Under the pieces are notes generated by a model that worked only from the letters and a program-made list of their open reading frames with translations, was not told where the DNA came from and did no database searches. This document shows positions 59,389 through 64,000 of a stretch of DNA of 64,000 nt, piece after piece (position 1 is the first letter of the stretch; every line of letters begins with the position of its first letter). Made by a program: the position numbers and the translations under genes. This DNA comes from Armatimonadota bacterium (GTDB taxonomy: Bacteria; Armatimonadota; UBA5829; DTLH01): the NCBI GenBank assembly GCA_039679675.1, contig JBDKUN010000028.1, forward strand, positions 32,001-96,000, given 5' to 3'.

Positions 59389-60099
59389 ATGAACAGAAGG
59401 GGGTTCTCGCTCATCGAGCTGCTCGTAGTAATCGCAATCATTGCGATCCTCGCAGCGATTCTATTTCCTGTATTTCAAAGCGCCAAAGAGCACGCCAAGC
59501 AGGTACAGTGTCTTTCCAATCTGAAGCAGCTGGCTGTTGCGTTCCAGAACTACTGCGGAGACAACAATGGTATCATGCCAGCTGTAGGGCACCCGGGAGA
59601 AGAAAAACACAACTGGTGCGGTTGTGAAGGCACGCAAATACCCATATGTGACATCCGCCGGAATTCACAGATTTACCCTTACGTAAAGAACCTCGATATT
59701 TTCCAATGCCCGTCCGACAGAAACCGGAAGGGCAGATATATTTCGGTCCCTTCGCAGTTTCCCCTGTCTTATACAATGAACGATCAGCTGTGCAGGGTCA
59801 AAATCGATGCTATGGCATGCAAAAGAGTCTCCAGAATGCTTCTCCTGATCCAGGAAGCCAGGGGCAAACCCGGATCGAGCGATCCTAGAGGTATCAATGA
59901 TGGCATTTTTATCCCAGCGCCCGAGTACACCCGCGACATCCCCAATGATGTCCACTACAGCGGCTCTACCATAGCGTATCTTGATGGTCACGCCAAGTGG
60001 ATGCATTACAATAATATGATAAAAGAGCGTGACGATAAATATTGGGTGCCTACTTACAATGCATGGACTATATGCAGCCACCCAATACCGAAGAATTAG
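59389..60099 (+). CDS. Prepilin-type N-terminal cleavage/methylation protein (H-X9-DG family)
   Basis: [44 protein letters not shown]. Confidence 0.92.
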   Translation: MNRRGFSLIELLVVIAIIAILAAILFPVFQSAKEHAKQVQCLSNLKQLAVAFQNYCGDNNGIMPAVGHPGEEKHNWCGCEGTQIPICDIRRNSQIYPYVKNLDIFQCPSDRNRKGRYISVPSQFPLSYTMNDQLCRVKIDAMACKRVSRMLLLIQEARGKPGSSDPRGINDGIFIPAPEYTRDIPNDVHYSGSTIAYLDGHAKWMHYNNMIKERDDKYWVPTYNAWTICSHPIPKN

Positions 60100-60424
60100 T
60101 GATTTTCGGCCGTTTTTTCTTGTTCCCTGATGTCTGTGGTAATCCAGCCCGTCCATGGTCGGAGTCACGGTCCACTGCAGGCGGCATCAACAGCTCTATT
60201 CTTTCCCACAGCAGACATTCTACCAACGGAATACATTTACAGCAATTTTTATTAAGTGCTATTTTACGAAGGAACTAATCACTTCAATCAAGAAATGTAC
60301 AGGTTGGAAGAATCACTGGCTGTCACCTCGGAGGTCGCATCCACTCTATCCCTGCCGGCCGACGTTTTCTTCACATTATATATTCGGAACTTGTAGATTC
60401 CTGATAGAGTATAGAAATAGCAAT

Positions 60425-62272
60425 ATGAAAATATCAGTAAGACAATTACTTATCGGAAAACCTCTCCCGACGTGGAGAGCAGCGGAAGAGCGGCTTCCAA
60501 AAATATTGGCTCTCCCAATATTTGCTTCTGATGCTATGTCGTCAGTTGCATATGCAACGGAAGCGATTATGCGCAATTTGCTGCTCGGCGCGTTAGCGCT
60601 TCACAATATAGTACCTATCACTGGAGCAATCGTACTTCTGCTTATGATGGTGGCCACATCCTACAGGCAGACGATATTCGCGTATCCTTCCGGTGGAGGA
60701 TCATATATTGTTGCACATGATAACCTTGGGAAAATACCAGGGCTTACTGCTGCCTCGTCGCTTTTAATTGATTACGTGCTGACTGTATCTGTAAGTACCG
60801 CAGCAGGAGTTGCCGCCATTACATCGACCCCTGTCGGACATATTTTAGCTCCTTACCGAGCTGAGCTGTGTGTCGCATTTATATTTATAATTGCACTGGC
60901 GAACCTGCGGGGAGTGAGGGAGTCCGGAGTTCTATTTGCGCTGCCGACTTATGTATTCATCTTCAGTTTTGTTTCGATGATTGCCCTGGGCGGCATAAAA
61001 TACCTGAACGGGGAACTGCATGCGCTTCCGCCGCCTTCACTCGCCCCAGTGCCTGCGCTGCAACTTCCAGCCGCAATATTCTGGTTTTGGATCCTCCGCT
61101 CGTTTGCGGGAGGATGCACGGCCATGACTGGTGTCGAGGCAATATCGAACGGAGTCCAGGCGTTTCGAAAGCCGGAGTCGAAGAACGCTGCCACTACGCT
61201 TGTCTGGATGGCAGTCATCCTGGCGGTCCTGTTTACGGGGACATCCCTTCTGGCTAATTACCTGCGGATTTCTCCATCCGTGAATGCGACTGAAACGGTT
61301 GTTTCTCAGATCGTAAGCGCTATAGCCGGACACGGGTGGTTCTATTATCTCATTCAGGCTGCTACAGCCGCTATTTTGATACTTGCCGCAAATACGAGCT
61401 TCGCCGGTTTTCCCAGGCTTTGTTCGATCCTGGCACATGATCGCTTTATGCCGCGCCAGCTTGCAAATATCGGTGACCGGCTTGTCTACTCGAATGGCAT
61501 TATGATCCTCGCGGTATTGGCGAGTGTGCTCGTCCTGGTCTTCCATGGGGAAGAACAATTGCTGCTTCCCCTTTATGCAGTCGGGGTTTTCCTGTCGTTT
61601 ACGCTCTCGCAATACGGCATGGTCGTCCACACCAGGCGGCTCAAAGAGAAGAATTGGAAGACTAGCGCGCTTATAAGCGGAGTGGGCGGGACTGTGACAG
61701 CGGCTGTTACTCTGGTAATGGCTATTACGAAATTTAGAGAGGGAGCATGGATCGTAGTGCTTCTCATCCCGATACTGGTACTCATACTGCTCAAGATAAA
61801 CCGGCACTACATGCAGTTGGCCGATCAGCTCAGACTCCCTTCGGAGAGACCCACAGAACTGCCTGAAATGAAAAACACGGTCCTCGTGCTCGTTCCGGGT
61901 ATACATAAAGGTGTTCTTCCGGCCATACAGTACGCCAAGTCGCTTTCGCCGGACTGCCGCGCGGTATATATAGAGGCGGACCCGGAAGCTACGGCGCTGA
62001 TCGAAGAGAGATGGGAGAAATGGGGGCAGGGTGTGCCGCTTGTGGTGCTCGAATCGCCTTACAGATCGATAGTGCAACCCATTCTTAAGTATCTGGACGA
62101 GGTAGTCGGAGAACACAAAAGGCATATTGTCACAGTTGTCATTCCTGAATTTGTCCCGGCAAGGCGCTGGCAGGGTATACTGCATAACCAGTCGGGGCTT
62201 CTTCTTAAGCTCGCGCTTCTGTTCAGGAGGAATATAGTCGTTGCCAACATTCGGTATTATTTGGAGAAGTAA
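60425..62272 (+). CDS. APC family permease, KimA/YdaO-like potassium transporter
   Basis: FASDAMSSVAYATE, YPSGGGSY, TGVEAISNG, LYAVGVF, ESPYRS, LHNQS. Confidence 0.85.
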   Translation: MKISVRQLLIGKPLPTWRAAEERLPKILALPIFASDAMSSVAYATEAIMRNLLLGALALHNIVPITGAIVLLLMMVATSYRQTIFAYPSGGGSYIVAHDNLGKIPGLTAASSLLIDYVLTVSVSTAAGVAAITSTPVGHILAPYRAELCVAFIFIIALANLRGVRESGVLFALPTYVFIFSFVSMIALGGIKYLNGELHALPPPSLAPVPALQLPAAIFWFWILRSFAGGCTAMTGVEAISNGVQAFRKPESKNAATTLVWMAVILAVLFTGTSLLANYLRISPSVNATETVVSQIVSAIAGHGWFYYLIQAATAAILILAANTSFAGFPRLCSILAHDRFMPRQLANIGDRLVYSNGIMILAVLASVLVLVFHGEEQLLLPLYAVGVFLSFTLSQYGMVVHTRRLKEKNWKTSALISGVGGTVTAAVTLVMAITKFREGAWIVVLLIPILVLILLKINRHYMQLADQLRLPSERPTELPEMKNTVLVLVPGIHKGVLPAIQYAKSLSPDCRAVYIEADPEATALIEERWEKWGQGVPLVVLESPYRSIVQPILKYLDEVVGEHKRHIVTVVIPEFVPARRWQGILHNQSGLLLKLALLFRRNIVVANIRYYLEK

Positions 62273-63058
62273 ATGATAGTAGAAGCGAGAAGAGATGTTA
62301 TAACGCTGAGGGGTGTCCTTTCAGAAAACGAGTGGCCGGCTATCCAGACTGCCGCCAAACTGCTTATAGAGGAGCATCCGAGAGGCATTATTATAGACTG
62401 CAGCCAGCTTACCGAGATAACGGAAGAGGGAGCAAAAACGTTTCTGGACGGCATCAATTATATCCAGAAGCAGGATGCGAATATAATCGTTGTCGGGCTG
62501 CCGCCAAACGCGCTTGGAGTCGTAAAAAGAATCCGTTCCGTCGTATCCCAGCTTCCGATAGCTCCAACAATCGAGGATGCCCGGACCTCGCTTGGGCTTG
62601 AAGACCTGGATGCAGTACCGGTCAGCGGAAAGGCGCATATCGGCCTGGTGCTTTTGCTTGGAGACTGGCAGCGTGCTGCTGATGTTGCCTGCAGGCTGGC
62701 AGACCGGAGAAAAGACCAGATACACGTGGTAGACGTACTGAAGGTACCCAGGACTATGCCGCTGGCCACCCCGCTTCCTGAAGCGGAGGCCATGACACGG
62801 CGCAAGCTGGATGATGCGGATGTAATAGCCAGGCGACATAAGTTCAAGCTTTTTAAGCATGTGGAGCGCGCGCGCACCCTGGGCGAAGGTATCCAGAAGA
62901 TCTTCACGGCAGTCAAGCCTGAGGTGTTTATAGTGTGCATAGCGAGTGTAAGCGACGACACCGCCGAGCTGGTAAACCAGGTCATGCCGAGCATGCTCGC
63001 CAATCCTCCCTGTGAGGTGATTTACATCAGCCATCCCGATACAAGGGGCCCGGCTTAA
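62273..63058 (+). CDS. STAS-like plus universal-stress-like domain protein
   Basis: N-terminal ITLRG..IIIDCSQL..; C-terminal VLKVPRTMPL..NPPCEVI. Confidence 0.6.
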   Translation: MIVEARRDVITLRGVLSENEWPAIQTAAKLLIEEHPRGIIIDCSQLTEITEEGAKTFLDGINYIQKQDANIIVVGLPPNALGVVKRIRSVVSQLPIAPTIEDARTSLGLEDLDAVPVSGKAHIGLVLLLGDWQRAADVACRLADRRKDQIHVVDVLKVPRTMPLATPLPEAEAMTRRKLDDADVIARRHKFKLFKHVERARTLGEGIQKIFTAVKPEVFIVCIASVSDDTAELVNQVMPSMLANPPCEVIYISHPDTRGPA

Positions 63059-63065
63059 CTACGAG

Positions 63066-63154
63066 TTGTCCACAGATAGAGAGTCCTTTTGCCGCAGCCT
63101 GTGGATGTTGTGCGTGAAGCCTGTGGAAAAGGACTGTGGACATGCTGTTGATTA
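63066..63154. promoter_or_regulatory. Cluster of five DnaA-box-like 9-mers
   Basis: TTGTCCACA, TGTGGATGT, TGTGGAAAA, TGTGGACAT, TGTTGATTA. Confidence 0.6.
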
Positions 63155-63172
63155 CGCAATAGGGAATGCAAG

Positions 63173-64000
63173 ATGAATAAGGCCAAAACAACTATGATAA
63201 TTCGATTTTTGGGGGCAGTTATGCTTTCTTTATCTCTTTCCTCAACAGGAATAGCTCAAAGTTCTCATGCTGCTGGCGGAAGCGGGGTGGACAAGATCAA
63301 TTTGCTGCCGCCGGGCCCCGGCAATGAAAGAAATTCCGAAGGCGATTTCATTCAGTTGAAAGATGGCCGGCTATTGTTCATCTACAGCCATTTTACCGAT
63401 AGCCTGGAGGACAATGGCAACAGCTATTTGGCGAGCCGCGTCTCTTCTGACGGCGGCAAGACCTGGTCCAAAGAAGATGTGGTCGTTCTCAAGAATGAAA
63501 AGGCGATAAACCTGATGTCCGTTTCACTTCTCAGGCTGAAAAACGGCAAAATTGCGCTCTTTTTCCTGAGAAAACACTCCCTTTCGGACTGCCGCCCAAT
63601 GATGGCAACATCCAGGGACGAAGGCAAGACCTGGAGCAAACCGGTGATGTGCATAAATGACGAAGCCGGTTACTATGTAGTGAACAATGACCGTGTGATC
63701 CAGCTGAAGAGCGGGCGATTGGTCATCCCCGCGGCCGTGCATGTGGTTACTGAGATGGCGACGGGCCTGGATATTACGCCCGGAAAGGGAATGTGCTATC
63801 TTTCTGATGACAACGGCAGGACATGGCGCCGCAGCAACGTAATAGAGCCTCCAAAGGAAAGCCGTGGAGGCATACAGGAACCCCTTGTAATCGAACTGAA
63901 TGATGGCAGGCTGATGTTCCTTGCGCGGAGTGATATGGGGTGCCAGCTCAGGTCATGGTCGGCCGACGGAGGCGCCACATGGTCCCATATTGAAAAGTCG
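63173..64000 (+). CDS. Secreted sialidase-family (BNR/Asp-box) protein, 3' truncated
   Basis: Signal peptide; RNSEGDF; Asp boxes SSDGGKTW, SRDEGKTW, SDDNGRTW, SADGGATW. Confidence 0.88.
   Translation, partial: MNKAKTTMIIRFLGAVMLSLSLSSTGIAQSSHAAGGSGVDKINLLPPGPGNERNSEGDFIQLKDGRLLFIYSHFTDSLEDNGNSYLASRVSSDGGKTWSKEDVVVLKNEKAINLMSVSLLRLKNGKIALFFLRKHSLSDCRPMMATSRDEGKTWSKPVMCINDEAGYYVVNNDRVIQLKSGRLVIPAAVHVVTEMATGLDITPGKGMCYLSDDNGRTWRRSNVIEPPKESRGGIQEPLVIELNDGRLMFLARSDMGCQLRSWSADGGATWSHIEKS

Noticed and set aside
60100..60424. c-di-AMP (ydaO) riboswitch expected before a KimA-like gene
   Set aside because: No GCTGAATC..GGAACC..GGGG pattern was visible.
61037..62185. 382 aa minus-strand ORF
   Set aside because: Antisense shadow of the APC permease.

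Overview
This is a 64 kb bacterial chromosomal window spanning the replication-origin region. It holds dnaA, recF, a dciA-like DUF721 gene, pcrA, parA/parB with a perfect parS, and an oriC-like DnaA-box, DnaA-trio and AT-rich segment at about 13370-13600. Gene content (two N-methyl pilin-like H-X9-DG proteins, a PEP-CTERM protein, many secreted glycosidases) suggests Armatimonadota or a similar lineage; this is inference only. Housekeeping genes (ychF end, putA, rtcB, hisF, hisI, rpoZ, dnaJ, prmA, rsmE, tmk, a phoB/phoR-like pair, tRNA-Gly) are interspersed with small insertions: a VapBC-like toxin-antitoxin pair bracketed by a duplicated phoR 3' end, a RAYT transposase inside ~205 bp direct repeats, and a one-gene islet in tRNA-Gly. 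The most notable non-coding signals are five. (1) A duplicated ~250-270 nt structured leader encoding paralogous EPPSxDDxG peptides precedes a split NRAMP-family (probable Mg2+) transporter. (2) A cobalamin riboswitch with ON-type architecture lies upstream of pcrA, pointing into oriC. (3) A sigma28 promoter and c-di-GMP-I riboswitch drive an orphan flgM. (4) A tiny lipopeptide ORF has an in-frame UGA followed by a SECIS-like hairpin. (5) A second DnaA-box cluster lies about 50 kb from oriC. All calls are from reading the sequence by eye; no database search was run.
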